Assembly: GCF_009914755.1 (NCBI RefSeq) | Contig: NC_060947.1 | Length of the DNA stretch: 64,000 bases | Source: the human T2T-CHM13v2.0 reference genome, Homo sapiens | Strand: one strand, 5' to 3' | In this document: positions 1 to 14,970 of the stretch, in pieces | Numbering within the stretch: position 1 is the stretch's first letter | How the letters are laid out: every line of letters starts with the position of its first letter | Position numbers and translations under genes: made by a program | The notes under the pieces: model-generated | Seen by the model: only the letters and a program-made list of their open reading frames with translations | Database searches by the model: none | What the model was told of the DNA's origin: nothing

Positions 1-309
1 TTGATTTAGTTTAATTTAGAGGTATTGTGCTAAATTCAGTTTCTTTTGATACTTGGTTTTTAAAGCTGTGACAGCCCCCACAAAAAGAAAGAGAGAGAGC
101 GAGAGAGATCCCACAAAGACGCATAGATCCAAATGGAACAAGTGAGGTTATTTTACAACCTCATAATACCTGTCATAAAAAACTAATATCTGTATAACTA
201 TCTGTGATAACAACATGTGTAAAAAACATATATCTGTATGCTATATGAGATACACACAAATATAAGACATATCTGTATCTACGTATATGTATATCTATGT
301 TTCTGTATA

Positions 310-402
310 AGTGAATATGTCCCCATTGGGACATACACTAAAAAATTGTTTACGTAAAAATTCAAATTTAACTAGGCCTCCTATACTTTATCTGGCAACC
401 CT
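310..402 (-). mobile_element. MER53-like hAT DNA transposon fragment
   Basis: Reverse complement reads AGGGTTGCCAGATAAAGTATAGGAGGCCTAGTTAAATTTGAATTT, resembling the recalled MER53 terminus. Confidence 0.6.
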
Positions 403-2799
403 AAACTCGTGAAGTTTATTTTTTTCTTATTTTTTTTAACCATAAGTAAATATAAATAGGAGTTCTAATATTTTCTTTCTGCATACTTAGCAATGGAGAT
501 CATTTCTAAGAAGCTGCCACCAGAGTCCCTGGCCAAACCAGTGTCCTCCTCGAAGAGCTAATACAGCCAAATGCTAATAAGAAACCCCTCTTCACTTAAG
601 TTCCTTAAACCGTCCCCTCCTCAAACCCTCCTTACCCTGTAGTAGCATCGTGCATCAATGCTATGACTGACTGATATAGAACCTTCTTCATTTTTCTGGC
701 CAATACATTTATTCAAGGAAAGGGAAAATTACAGGTAAAGCAGAAAGAGGCTTGAGCCACATGTGTAGGTACATGTGTCAACTCGTCCATCTAGATTCCG
801 CCTCTGGTTTACAGAGGTGGCAGCAGGAGTACTTTACCCTTTTCACCTCTACCACTGGCACCCAAGATCTGCTCAACATTGAAAGAGATCACATGCTAGG
901 AATACAGTGATTATGGCCTAAAGAGTTCTAGAGATGACATGGTTGGAAAACGTGTCTTTGTGCATGTACACTATAAAATTCTGAATGGTAAATTTAACAT
1001 GACCAGAAAAATGATTTATCACTCATATTTTCCTGCATACTCTGGATAAGACTGTCCAGCATCAACAAAACATGGTAAAAAAAAAAAAACCTCTGAGAGA
1101 GTCATTGGAAGACAATACCTGTGGCAGCACGATAGATGATGCCGTATCATGAGTAATGAAGTAGCCAGCATTAAATAAAGGGTTCTAGGGAACCGTAGGG
1201 CAAGAAGATCTACGTGATTTCAATACGAACAGTTCCAATAACCCATAGCATTGTGAGTACTATCACCTCTTGCTACCTCTTTCTCATGAAGGGCAGGGGG
1301 CAAGGTAATATTATCCAGTGCATTTAACAGTAAAAACAAAACAAAACAAAATAAAACACTAATAGATGGTACCTAGACCTGAACAAGAAGACATGATGGC
1401 TGGACGTGACAAAGAATCCTCATGTGCATCGATGTGGCAATAAACACATATGCAAATACTGCATCTCTACCTATTATTCTAAATCTTCATCAATAAAATG
1501 TTAAACCTCTCATTGGTACATGAATTTTTGTGATACATTTTTAATTGAACTGCTTACATAAATAGAGGCCCCACACCAAATATTTGCCAGCGGCCTTGCA
1601 CACCATAGGGGCAGCCCTAGTGCTAAGCTGTGCAACAGTTCTCCTGTGCTGCTCCAATATGCAATTTCACAATAACACATGGTCTCAGGACATTCTCCTG
1701 GGCAAGGTCATTTTCATGGTAAGGCCTAACAATTATCGAGTGCCAACTCTGTGTTTGGCACTCTACTCGGGGCTTTACATACATTATCTTGTCTTGTACT
1801 TGTATTAAACCAAGAGAAATAATAAATTGCTTTATTTTAAGCCACTAAGTCTCAGAATAGTTTGTTAAGCAGCAATATATTATTGAAAAACAATAAGCTG
1901 AGATTTTTTTCGTTGCTCGATTCATTTCCTCTAAACTACTGTGGAGCAGGCAGATCTCAGACTTTTCTATCTCCCTTTCACAACTGCAGAAATTGAGTAG
2001 CAGCAAGGAAGGGGAGGAAGATGGACAAGAGCAGGCCAATAGCTTTCCCCTGAGGAGGTGTGAAGGCTGCAGAACCAGAATAAAAGGCCTGTCCTCCCAG
2101 ATTAGATCCAGGGCCTGACCTCCCAAGCATCTTGCCTCACTAACAACTGGGGGCATTTCTGAAGTAAATGGACAGCCCAGGGATGTGTGACCCTGAAAGC
2201 ACAACATGTCCAGACCAGGAAAAAAAAAAATGCCTTCCTTTTCCTGGAAGTGGAGATGTCACACCCTATCTGGGGTCATCTGCTCAAGATCTCAGCATCG
2301 CTTGCTGCCAGCTCCCTTCAGATAGAGAATGCTGGACACAGCTTTTCTCCCCTTCATCATTTGACCTCTACCAAGACAATCTAGGAAACTCATCATTAGT
2401 GCCAGAAGCAGGAAAATGGGAGCCATCTCCTGACAAGTTCACACCAGACAAAATGTTCCAGCTTGACAAGAGACGGGGGAGAATCAGGAACTTTGTCCTC
2501 TCTCCTCCTTGTTAATTAGTCCTTGGTTTTGAATTTCAGGGAGAGGTACAAGAGACAGGTAATAAAGAACATACATAAAGCATATGGTATGTTAGATCAT
2601 GATAAGGAACACGGGAAAATATGAAGCAGGAAGAGGGTAAAAGGAGCGCACTTTGGGTAGTGTTTAAATAAGGTGATCAAAGAAGGCCTAGCACACAGCA
2701 TTTACCAAACTTATCTAATCAAAGAAACTGTCACAGAGCGTGTCACAGAAGTTAGGAAATGCTGTTTCAAAAAGTAGTTTCAGCTAGGGAGGAGAAGCA

Positions 2800-3270
2800 G
2801 ATTAATTAGCAATTGTATTAATATTTGGCTACTAGTAAGAAAAATGTAAGTGGTTTACACAAGATAGAAGTTTCTTTTTCATTTGCATAAAAAAAGTGTG
2901 GACCAGGCAATCCAGGGATGCAGGACACCTCCATGTTGTCATCAGGGACTTGAGTTCCTTTTACCTTTCTCCCCACCCTGCTGAGTTCTTGGCTTCCATC
3001 CTCAAGCTTGCCGCAGCCCAGGATTTATCTTTATCTCCAGCCATCACATGTATGTTCCAAGCAGAACTGTGCCTCTTACAGAGTCTGCTCATAAGTCCCA
3101 CCCAACATGTTTTGCCTATATCTCATTGGCCACTCTCCAGCTGGAAGGGAGGCTAGGAAGGCACTTTAGCCAGAATATGACCTCTCATAATAAGATTAAG
3201 TTAATTAGTCTTAGTCTTGCTAAGTAATTGCTGATGGCAATTAGCAATTTGCCTCGGGAAAGAAGGAGGG
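2800..3270 (-). mobile_element. Old MaLR LTR (MLT1-family) remnant
   Basis: Degenerate MLT1-like motifs (ttggctactagtaagaaa..., ctcattggccactctccagctggaagggaggctaggaa); boundaries approximate. Confidence 0.45.
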
Positions 3271-4539
3271 TGTAGTGGAAGGGACATCCCTGCGTACCAG
3301 AGTGCAGCTTTCTATTTTGACACAGCAGATTGCGAAGCTGCTCACACATCAGTCCTGCAGCTGCACCGTCCATGTTTCTTATGAGAACCTAGGGTTAAAA
3401 CGTCGTAGAACACAGACCCCAGCAGCAAAATCACTATACTCCCGTCTTCTGGGGCAATGTGCCACCCAGCTCCTGTTTTGTCCATTCACCACATGGCAGC
3501 CAGAATGCCATTTTAATAATGTAAAGCCAGTTATGTCACTTTCCTACCTAAAACTCTCATCACACTTGGAATGAAATCCAAACACCACGAGATGGACGCA
3601 GCCCATCTTTGACTGCTTCTTCACCACTCCTCCCCTTTGCTCAGGACTCCAGCCACGCTGGCCTTTTTGTTACATGAACACAGCAAGGTCATTCCCACCT
3701 TAGAGCTTTTATCTGGAATGTTCTTTCCCACATGGCTGGATCCTTCTTATCATCCAGCTCGCCACTAAAATATCTCACTTCCTCAGCAAGACTTTCTTGA
3801 CTTACTCCAGCTAATGAAGTTCCGCCCCTACCAGATAGCCCCTAGCACCTCATTTTATTTTCTTCATGAATTTATAACTAGTTCAATTTAACATGCTCAC
3901 GCATTTTTTCCCTTGTTCATTATCACCATTATTAAGTTCCATGAAGGCAGAAACACTGCTGCTTTTGTTCTCCCCATACCTCCAGCCCACAGTGAATAAA
4001 ACGTGGAAGGCTTTCAATGCTGTGGAATGAATGATATGGTTTGAAGTGTCCCCATTCTCTTAGTCACTCCTCCCCAAACACCCTTCAGTTTGGTAGACGA
4101 CATCATAAACAGACTCCAAGAAACACTACCCAATTCCTAGAAGTGCATCATTAACAAAGAGCAGTATTGTGCTCTTGGACATTATGTAATGTCCCCTGTC
4201 CTGGCTCAGTGGCTGATTTCGATGTGTTTTTGCATGTGGATTCATGGATCCATTTTGAGAATTTTCAGGAATGGGAGCCCTCAGGTCAGAAATCACTGCC
4301 CCATAGAATTCCATGTGATGATGTGGGACCATGAATCAAGGCCCCTACAGCTCAGCAACCCTCAGTCTCCCCAAAACCAATTTGAAATGCCCAAGTATGT
4401 ACTGGGGACACCTCAAAGCCAAAATGTTTACTACATAACCATTCTTCTAATTTTAATGGTGAGTTTCTGTTTTAAGAAACAATCTAGAAGAGTTCAGACT
4501 TTTTATTGCATATTATTCCAATTTAAGGGAGGTAATACA

Positions 4540-4830
4540 GAGACTACTATGCATTCACAAAGCACCATTTTTTTTTCCTCCTGAGCATACAGCTGGATTA
4601 CAGTTAGGAGTGGTTATGTCATTGAGTCTAGCCAATGAAATCTGGGCGAAAGCGATCTATACCACATGATGGACAGGGACTGGATCCCTGAAGGACTGAG
4701 TGGAATAGAATCACCCACATTCCCTATCTGAGTTAAAATCTGACATGAACAATAAATAAACTCTCATTGTATTAAGCCACTGAGATTTTTGGAATTGTTT
4801 GTTATGACACCGATCCTACCTTGACTCATA
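4540..4830 (+). mobile_element. MLT1-family LTR remnant
   Basis: 3' end 'aataaactctcattgtattaagccactgagatttttggaattgtttgttatgac...ttgactcataca' is typical of MLT1. Confidence 0.55.
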
Positions 4831-6913
4831 CAGAGGAATAAAATAAAGACCCTGTCATAATAATAATGTTAAATTTTCAAAGAAAAGACAATTCAGCTTC
4901 CTGCAATCTCAGCCATTTTGTGCTGTTACAAATTATGTGGTTTTAACATCAGTGGAAGACTAGCAAAAAGCTTGCGGCTTCTTAGATGACATAAACATAC
5001 TGTATTTGCTTTTCAAGTGCTGGAAATGTTTCTAACTAAAACATGAAAGCAATATTTTAACAGGCTGACTTGGGGAAAATGCTCAACATGAAAAGACCAA
5101 AATGTTTTTCAAAAAGGGAAACAACTCAATATGCTCCCAAAACCCTGCCCAGGCTTTAATCAAGGGACATCCAAAGGGAAGCAAAATGGCTGGACTTAGT
5201 CTGAAAGTTATGAGAAATTTTCTGGTAAGGGTAGGATACTATTTAGTTATCATTTAATTTAATATTTACTTCTAAAGGTATTTTTTAAATTAAGGAAGCT
5301 ATCCAAAATCTTTATCCTGGGAACATGCTTTTATCCTTAAAAAAATAAATAAATAAATAAAAATAGCCTCCTTGGGATTCACAGGATCAAACGCAATCAC
5401 TCTTTTACGTGGCCACACTTTACCTATTTCTTGCTAACATGGCATATTCAGCCCATTATATCTTCGTAAAGAATTGGAAGACATTTCTGTAGAATTTCAG
5501 TTTTTCTTAAATTGACTTCGTTTCCATATATTTAGTAGTAATAATAATAATAAATAATAGTCATAATAGTATCTTTAGTGCACACCAGAATTGGAAAAAA
5601 AGGTTTCATATCCATTATCAAGAGTTCTAGTGCTTGATAATACTCTAAACCATTTATTTCTGTATTCCATGTGTGACATTTGTAAAATTGTAAGTTCACA
5701 ACTTCCTAATGTTTCCTGGACTACCACAGCCCTATACACTAATCATATACAGTAGTTAGTATGTATTAGAATGTCTTTTATTCATAAAATATGGATGTAT
5801 TTTCCCAGAACAAAAGTATTAATTATTGTTAACAACAATTTAACTTGCAATATCTTTTAAAAATACATTCACCACATTTCTGCAGCTTCAAAAATCCTTT
5901 GCTGTACTTCTCACTTTTTTTTTTTTTCTCTTGTCCAGCAGTATCAAGTTTCCAGGTTTCAGGGCTCTGGTTTGAAATCCACAGCCTGCAAATGTTTTAA
6001 ATAAAGCAGAACCATATAAAAAGATTAAATGGATACAGACAAGAAAGTTACCTTCGGGTGGTGTCATTGCTTTTCTGATTAGTGTTCATTTGGCTTTTCC
6101 AAATTTTTGCATTGAGTTTATAATTTGTTTTATGTGTAAAGTAAAAAATAAATAATTAAACAGAAAGCACTTCTTTTAGTCACCTAGCTTTGGGTACACA
6201 GTTACATCTTAATTCATTTTGCTTCATTTGGTTTTAGTAATCCCTTATCCTCTACTCCTGCTGAAAACAAGTGATACAGTAAACTGCACTGTGTCAAGCA
6301 GAATTCTTCTTCCTCTTTCAAAGAAGACTGTCTAGAAATGAACAATTTTTTCAAGGCACCTGTTTCCTTTCAACGGGAATGACAGATAAAGTTTGATTGA
6401 GAGAAATGCCAATCATGTCATGAGGCAGATGGATTAACTTTCTAACGTTTCTTTCCCGACAGTAAATCTCAACTTTTACTCCTATGCTTAGCAAAATATT
6501 TTTAGAAATATTGTTTATTCAATACAGATGATGCATTTTACTACTTCTTAGAGCAAACCATTGATCCCTATCACCATGGCATTAGGTAGGCCCCACAAAT
6601 CATCCAGGCATCTGCCCTCAGTCTCAAATAAATCACGACAGAGCAGTAAAGAAAAGGGAAATGTCAATCGGAACTAGGCAGTCAATAGGAAAAGATTTTT
6701 CAGTGTCTCTATTTATGACATTTCCTTTCACTTAAAGACATTGGTTATTCTAATTTTTGGTTTTTTTTGCAATTTCCTCTTGAGAACTTCTCCCATAAAC
6801 TATATTTTAGCACAGTACGAATTTTCCCAGCTGGTATTTTTGAGTTCTTAAAAAATCCTATAGAGATTCATACTAAATATCATCTACAGTAAATTTTAAA
6901 ATGATAGGTTATG

Positions 6914-7226
<313 letters not shown>

Positions 7227-10200
7227 TTATAAAATGTATAAACTTTACATAAAAGTGCAAACACACATATCGGTATTTATTGATTTAATTTTGAAGTTCC
7301 TATCTTTAAAAAGTATCAGTTCCCCAACTTAAAAATTCTCATCTACTTTGTTTACATTCATTTTATTATCAGGGAGGCCTGAATGAAATTCTTTCTGGGA
7401 TATTTCATTATCTTGTTTATATTTTATATGTTACGTGCTGTTGTGTTATATTACTATATAATTTTATATATTTAACTTAATATTTAATTAATATTAATTT
7501 AATGGTAAGATAGTCTTTCCTATTTCAAAATTCCAATCTCATATTTGATTCAAAGTCTTCATCCAAGCCAGGCGTAATAGTGGTACCAGAGGCCTGGAGC
7601 AGAGGTGAGACCAAAGTGAGGGGAGCTTCTATCTCACACACTTACCTTCTTTTCTTCTCAGACTCCTCTGAATTGAAGGTGGTGGGGAGGGATAAGAGAA
7701 ATAATTTTTTTTCATGTCTTCCCTCTGCTTTATTGGTTATAATTCCAATCATCTTATGCAATAGTGGCAATGGTAGTAAGGTCACCATCCCTTTTCTATT
7801 GGCGTCACTGTTGTCCTGTCTAACTCTGACTGCCCTGGGTTCCCTCTGAGAGGCAAGAATTAAAATGCTGGCTCTCTGAGGGGAAAGAGCATATTAATTC
7901 TTCAAAGGTTCGCATGGGAGGCCTCCCCTGAATAGCACCCTGGAATGGAAGATCCAGCTGAAGTTGGCTTCGTTCTTGCCCCTCCTCAGCACCCTCCCCA
8001 TGGTGACTTGCTGATGGGACTCCCTCAACAAACTAGCAGCCCTCTTAGGGGTATAATCAAGAGAATTTCATCTCTAGCCACCTTCTGTAGTAACCACTTA
8101 GGCACAAGAGACTGCCATACTCTGGCCATGCCAAAGAGTGGTAATGCTCACACATCTAACGCTCTACCTCTTAGTTCTTAACGCCTCACCCTAGACTGTC
8201 AGACAGGAGATAATCTTACTCCCTGATTTAGGGCAGAGGGGTTGCGACACTTCTCCAGCCTCAATCTTGTATAAAGAAGGAGGTAGACGAGTTAGATAAA
8301 TCTCTTTGTCAACCGAAACTTTGACATCTTGGAACATTGAACTTGATTTCTGGCTGCCTAATCTGTGGGGTATCTCTAAGGGAATGAGAGCAATCCCTTA
8401 TTTGAAAAAAAAAAAAAAAACCAACACAACTACTGTATTCTGTACAGATAATTCCGGCCATCCCATCCAGAAAAATATTGCTGACCTTTTGGACATCAGC
8501 ACCGCAAAAAACAGAACCCAGAGCATTTTTTGCTCACAACGTTTTATCTAAGACAAACACAGAAACAGCTATGTGTAATTCAGGTAGCACACGCTTAGAG
8601 AATATAAACAAATTGAGCCAAATTATCTGCAAAATAAGAAGCTTTTAATTATTCTATATAACTTGATTCTGAACCCCACTCCATAGCCCCTTGGGAAGAC
8701 ACTTGGTAAAATATGTGTTAATACTTTGCTCCAGAAGCAGGTCTGGGAAACCCCAAAAGTGGTCCAACATTTGAGATTCTAATCACAAATGCTGTGGAAA
8801 ATACCCATTTAAAGAGTAACTTGAAGTGGGCTAAGCAAATACGCCCTCCCCAAAACACACATACTATCTATAGATAGATATATACACTCTCTCTATATTA
8901 AAATATATATTGACAACACACACTATATATATAGTGTGTATGTGATGTGTTTATTTACAACAGTTAATAATTTTCTGTTTATTAACAACAATTCTCTAAT
9001 GGGATTCTGTGTTTTTACTTTTTTATACCATTGTATATTTTCAAATTTCTACAATGAATATATTGATAATAAGATGAACGATGGCATTGATTAAAGTATT
9101 ACATTTGCCAAGCTCAATGATAAACTTCTATACATATAGCTAGTTTAAACCTCAAAACAGGACAATGAGATAGAAACTATGACTAACTTCATTTTAAAGA
9201 TGGAAAAACTAGTACCTAGAGGTTCTTCATTGCACAGCGAGGAAGACAGAACAATTAACAGGTGGCATAGCCACCATGTAAGTTCATGTCAATCTGACTC
9301 TACATTTGTGTTCTTTCCACTATACCATGTGACATAACTGAAGTGCAAGATCCTTAGTGGGACCACAGATCAGAAGTGGCTCAATCATAATCAGCACACC
9401 CAGGAGGTTTATTCTCATGACATGGGATGTAAAATAGCACTCTCCACTAGAAGTCAAACAGGAAATAAGCAGAGGAGACGAAGATTAGGTGTCTGAAAAG
9501 TCAGCTTTGTTTCTCCTACAAAGCACATAAAGCAATGTACAGTGAAGGGAGGGGAGCAATTTGGGTATAGACTCGAGACTATACTAAAGCATGGCTGTGG
9601 AGAAAAGATCAATTCAGGAAAGCCTCGCCAATCAGAGGTCCAACTTGCAGCTGCCTCAGCCAGTTGTAACACAGGGAACCCCAAAATTTGTTTAAAGGAC
9701 TTCCAGCAGCATATATGCCCCAAAAAGCTGGGAACTTAATCATATTAGAAATATGTAGTGACACCACTGGCCTCCTCCAAATGACTATGTTTGCAGAGAA
9801 TGGCAGAAGATTACAAATAGCAACACACTGACAGCCAGTGAAAGTCCACCAGGGGCAAAGGAACATGAGATCAACAGAACAGGTGGAAGAATTGTTCAAG
9901 TGGAGCAGTTGGGCAACGGGTGGACATCAGTGAAAGGGTCACCTGAGTTCTCCATATTTCAATAGTTCCCAAAGACATCACTGCAAGGCAGCACAATAGA
10001 CAAACAACATTAGAACAAGAAAGAATAGAAGTCACTGGAGGTACCCTAGATCCTACCTTGTTTTACAGCTAAATTGATGAAAGGAGAAAACTGTTGCCAC
10101 TCAGAATTACAACCCTGAGTCATTAAGAAGCAGTGATTTTCTCAAAATATTATGTTTAAAATGGTTACACAAAAAGCAAAAATAAGCCTAATGGCATTTA

Positions 10201-10629
10201 CACACACCAATTTCTATTTTGTGAAAAAACATTATTTTGTAAAATATCTTGTGCTCTGATGAGGTCAGACATATGAGTCTACGGTGAAGCCTGGTAATAA
10301 TATTAGTAGAGGACATTTAGCTTTTTCAAAGTCTACCATCTCTTTTTATCGTCACACTTTTCATATGAGATTGCCAGGGCACGGATTTGATATAATTATC
10401 TTCACTTTATAGATTTGTCTCAGTGAAGCCACTTAAGATTGGCAGAGCCACTGTTAAAACCTAGGTCTCCTAATGCACAACTCTGGGCATTTTCTTCTGT
10501 GTTTCACTGCCCAATAACTCCTTTGGGTGGGGACAGGGAAATGCTAGGAAATTAAATGAGTATCTGAGGACAGCTGGCTATGCAATACTATGTGTGCATT
10601 CATTCATTCAACAAGTATGCATTAAGCAT

Positions 10630-11150
10630 CTGAATCAGTTAGCTATTGCCACAAAAATACCACCCTGCCAAAAAAGACACTCCCAAACGACGTAGCTTTA
10701 AACAAGTCATTATACTGTCACAGATTTGTGTGTTTGATGAAAGTTAACTAATTTAGGATGGACTCAGCTGAGTAACTCTGCTGATCTCAGCTGGGAGTGA
10801 GCTGATCTGGCCTGGCTTGGCCGTGGTGGTTCAGCTCCGTTCCACATGTCTGTCATCCTCCTCCTGGGACTAGAAGGTGAGCCCAGTCCTGCACCTCTCA
10901 TGGCAACAGCAGAGGCACAAGAAGGAAAGCGTCATTTTCAGGTGCTTTCTAAACTTTTGTTCTGCCTTTTAAGCCTCTGGCCTGCTAACATTCCATTGGC
11001 CAAAGCAAGTCACATAGCCAAACTCAAAACCAAGAGGCAAGAACACAGAATCTGTCTCTTTAATGGGACAAACTGCAGAGTCAGATAGCAAAGGATGTGG
11101 ATAGGAGGGAGTGAAGAATTGGGACCATTAATGCTGCCAACATCTACCAT
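10630..11150 (-). mobile_element. MLT1-family LTR remnant
   Basis: 'aatcagttagctattgccacaaaaat...', 'ccattggccaaagcaagtcacatagccaaactcaa' are MLT1-type motifs. Confidence 0.55.
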
Positions 11151-13166
11151 GGTCCAGGCACTGTGCAAAGCACTGAGGAAGCAGTCCCAACCATAACAGA
11201 AGCTGGCCTCCTGAAGCTTACAGTCAAAAACAATGATTAAACATCCATGCTTATGAATTCCACTGCAGCCTGCTATAACTGTAACAACATTTAATAATGA
11301 AAGTAAATCTGCTACCCCCATTATATTTTGCATTTCTGGAAGGAATATGTGCTTTGAGGGGTTATCCATTATTTTGAACTCTCTTCACACTGCTTCCCTT
11401 CTATTGTCATACATTATCAAGATGATCTCATATGACGTATTTGTTCAAGTGAATAATGGTATTTATTTAGAGGACCAATGAAATAGCACTTCTCTGCTGT
11501 TTTGGCTGCATGTTAGTGTGAGATCCAGCAGGTAGGATGGAAAAATTCTCACCTTAAGAAGCTAAAGATCCACATTCCAGGTCTCCACCCCATATAAGCA
11601 TCCTGACAATAAACCTGTTTACATCACAGGAGTTGTTACTTAACTCAAAAACATTTACTGAGAGCCATCTATGTACCAGGCTCAGTGATCAGGGTTTTTC
11701 CATCTAATGACTCATCTAATAGGATAACCTTGTGAGTAAAACTACTGCAAGACTTATCCCATATTCAACAAATGGTTATTAAAGCACAATTATATGCCAG
11801 CCACTCGGTCTGCCAGATGAGAAATATATATTTCTGGCCCTCCAGAAGTACACATCCTATTAAGAGACAGACCTGTAAACAATATAATTAAAATATAATG
11901 AGGTAAGTGCCTTTATAGGAGACAATGCACTTTCAAACATTAGGCAAATATAAGGCATTATAATTAAGCATAGCTGTAGGTCTCAAAGACCTCATCTTGT
12001 TTTCAGAAGGGCGTAATTTACCTGCAAGGAAGTCTGTGGTACTGAGACAATTTGAACTGGATGGAGGAATACCCTGATTCCAAAACCATATGCCATCACC
12101 GTTTCCACTTTCTGAGAAAATATGATTAAAAGGAAAAGTAAAAGCATGATGCTTGCCAGCCAAGCAGATAAATGACAGTCTTGAGGATTCAGGTGCAGAC
12201 TCAAGAAACTTACGTGCCCAGGACAGGGAATAAGAAAAGAGCAGTGAAAATTCCAAAAAGCTCAGAGATTGAGAGAACTCAGGTCATAAACCTAAAATAA
12301 AAGAAAGTGGAACATGGGGTGACCTTTTCTGGGCGTCGGTTCTAACTTCCTTGATAGGAAATCAATGTCCATTCCAGACACAAAATAAGAGTTTATCACC
12401 TCCAGCACTTTACAAATACTTGCTTAAACAACCAACCAACCTATATATTTATCCCCCCTATAAATTTTTCCCTCCTCTACTTCTTTCTTTCCTTCCCCAA
12501 ATATTTCCTAAAGGAAGCATGCTAATTGCTGGAAGGTACATGATAACATCAGCCACTGAATCAGCTTATCTTATCAAAAACTTTTACTGACAAATGTTCA
12601 ATGTTTTTAATAAAGCACATACCCTCGGACATAAAAGGAGTTAATTATCACAAACTTCAAACCCCTATAAAGCCCAATCACTGATGATTAGAAATGTTAC
12701 TTAGTATATCAGTGCCACAATCTCAGTACTGCTTTCATTAAATGACTTTGCCAAAGTTATGAAACCTTCATAATTCCATGAAAAATGGGTGTTTCTAACA
12801 ATACTATGTATAATTAAGCATACACTGCTGTGCAGTTGGAAAATTCCATTGTCACCTGCATCAGCCTCAAAGATCAATTTGCATACATGGATCAAAGAGA
12901 ATCTTACAGCTTGCTGGTTCATTTCAAAGACAACTGGGAGGATTTTAAGACCTTAGTACATCCTCAAATTAATCAGAATAAGAATGTTTTTACTTGTAAA
13001 CAGCCAAGTATTTCATAAGGGATTATATGGGAAATGCATTTATCTATTGCTTGAGTTTAACTTTTCTGATAAGTGTGCTTTCATTACTTCTCTCTCTCAA
13101 GCCTCAAGATTCTTAAATCTTCTTCAAATTAATGATATATTTTAAAGTCAAATCAAAATTATATTA

Positions 13167-13463
<297 letters not shown>

Positions 13464-13620
13464 AAATTATACTATTCCATTCCATTTAACATGCAGGGTT
13501 TCAGTGGGTCCTCCGGAAGTGCAAGACTGGAGAAAATACTGCTGACATGAAGTAGCAACTAAAGTCCTCTCACCTGCATTTTGTGCAACGTCTTTGCCCG
13601 TTTGGAAGCCAAGGCTTCCA

Positions 13621-13666
13621 ATAGGCCAGGTTGTATAGGCCAGGCAGAATAGGCCAGGCTGAATAG
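13621..13666 (+). repeat. 14-bp tandem repeat, ~3.3 copies (ATAGGCCAGGNNNN)
   Basis: ATAGGCCAGGTTGT / ATAGGCCAGGCAGA / ATAGGCCAGGCTGA / ATAG. Confidence 0.8.
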
Positions 13667-13739
13667 TAATGGAAAGTAGAAACTAAGGCAAAGGACAAAG
13701 AAAGACCCACTCCCATTGGTGACCGGGCATCACTGCGAT

Positions 13740-14375
13740 GTTCCATTACCTATTGTCTCTCAGCTCCAAGCCCACCATCCTATACTCTCCCCTGTGATCC
13801 TAGAGCTGAGACTCTGCAAGCCATGTTTCTCTGAGTCCCTTGCTAGCTGGCTTCCTGTCCAGTTCCACCATCAGGAGATTGAATGAATGTGGAGGATCTC
13901 CCAGAGGAGTGTGGCTGGATGGGGAAAGGGACTTCCCACTTCTTTCCCAGTTTCTGTCAGCATGTCTCTAATAGCAGCCTCACTTTACACCCTCAGAGGT
14001 GCCAGCGGCAGCTGGAGGACCAGCCATCTGTGCTCCCTAACTCACTGGGCCATGCCATCTGGGCTACTGGAGCACCCACTAGATCACCCACTCGTTGGCC
14101 TACGTACCAGAGGCAGGGCACCTACTCCACAAAGGTGCAGTCACCAGCCCCAGAAGGGCCCTTCCCCAAACTCCTGGATTCTAAAACAGCACATTTTCCC
14201 TCTTGTTCTCCCAGCCCAGGGGCATTGCTTCCTGCAATTATTATCTCCGGCTCCCTCAGCTTCCCTTTTGCTCTTTAGCCTTCCAATGCTGGTGTAGCCA
14301 ATTCCTGTGTTAAATCCCTTCTGTTTAAATTCCCAGTGTATCTTCTTTTTTTTCTTAACTAGATCCTGACTGATA
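13740..14375 (+). mobile_element. ERVL LTR (LTR33/LTR16-like) remnant
   Basis: 3' end 'gtagccaattcctgtgttaaatcccttctgtttaaattcccagtg...atcctgactgata' is typical of ERVL LTRs. Confidence 0.5.
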
Positions 14376-14605
14376 TATTCATCCAGGCAGTGATGCTCAA
14401 TGAAGAAAAAGTGGATTTTTCCATTGCTGGTGAGAGATTGGGGAAAGGATCAATATGCTGTTTTTAGAAGCTGTAGAGGTGATTTTGATAATACCTCAGT
14501 TCCCTGCCATTGTTCTTTCTTATCCTTCGCCCGCAACATGGTTTTCCAGCCATCTTACAAGGTCATACTGGGTACAACTAAAGGTGGCACCAGTGGAGGA
14601 AATAC

Positions 14606-14970
14606 ACACAGTTTGACTTCTGATGGTTCAACTTATGATTTTTCAACTCTAGAATGGTGTGAAGGTGATATGAATTCAATAGAATCCATAATTTGAGTAT
14701 CCATATGACCATTCTGTTTTTCACTTTCAGTACAAATATTCAATAAATTACATGAGATATTCAATACTTTATTATAAAATAGGCTTTGTGTTACATGATT
14801 TTGCTCAGCTATAGGCTAATGGAAGTATTCTGAGGACATTTAAGGTAGGCTAGGCTAAGCTATGCTGTTTGGTAGGTTAGGTAAATTAAATGTATTTTCC
14901 CCTAAACCATATTTTCCACTTAGGATGGGTTTATCAGGATGTAACTCCATTGTAAGTTGAGGAGCACCTG
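14606..14970 (-). mobile_element. MER47A (Tigger-family) DNA transposon
   Basis: Reverse complement starts CAGGTGCTCCTCAACTTACAATGGAGTTACATCCTGATAAACCCATCC and includes TAGCTTAGCCTAGCCTACCTTAAA; ~365 bp. Confidence 0.8.

Noticed and set aside
8864-8939. 14-bp and 22-bp perfect palindromes
   Set aside because: Low-complexity CA/TA/TG sequence yields such palindromes trivially
13621-13666. Repeat-spacer pattern as CRISPR-like
   Set aside because: 10-bp repeats with 4-nt spacers in primate DNA; no cas genes
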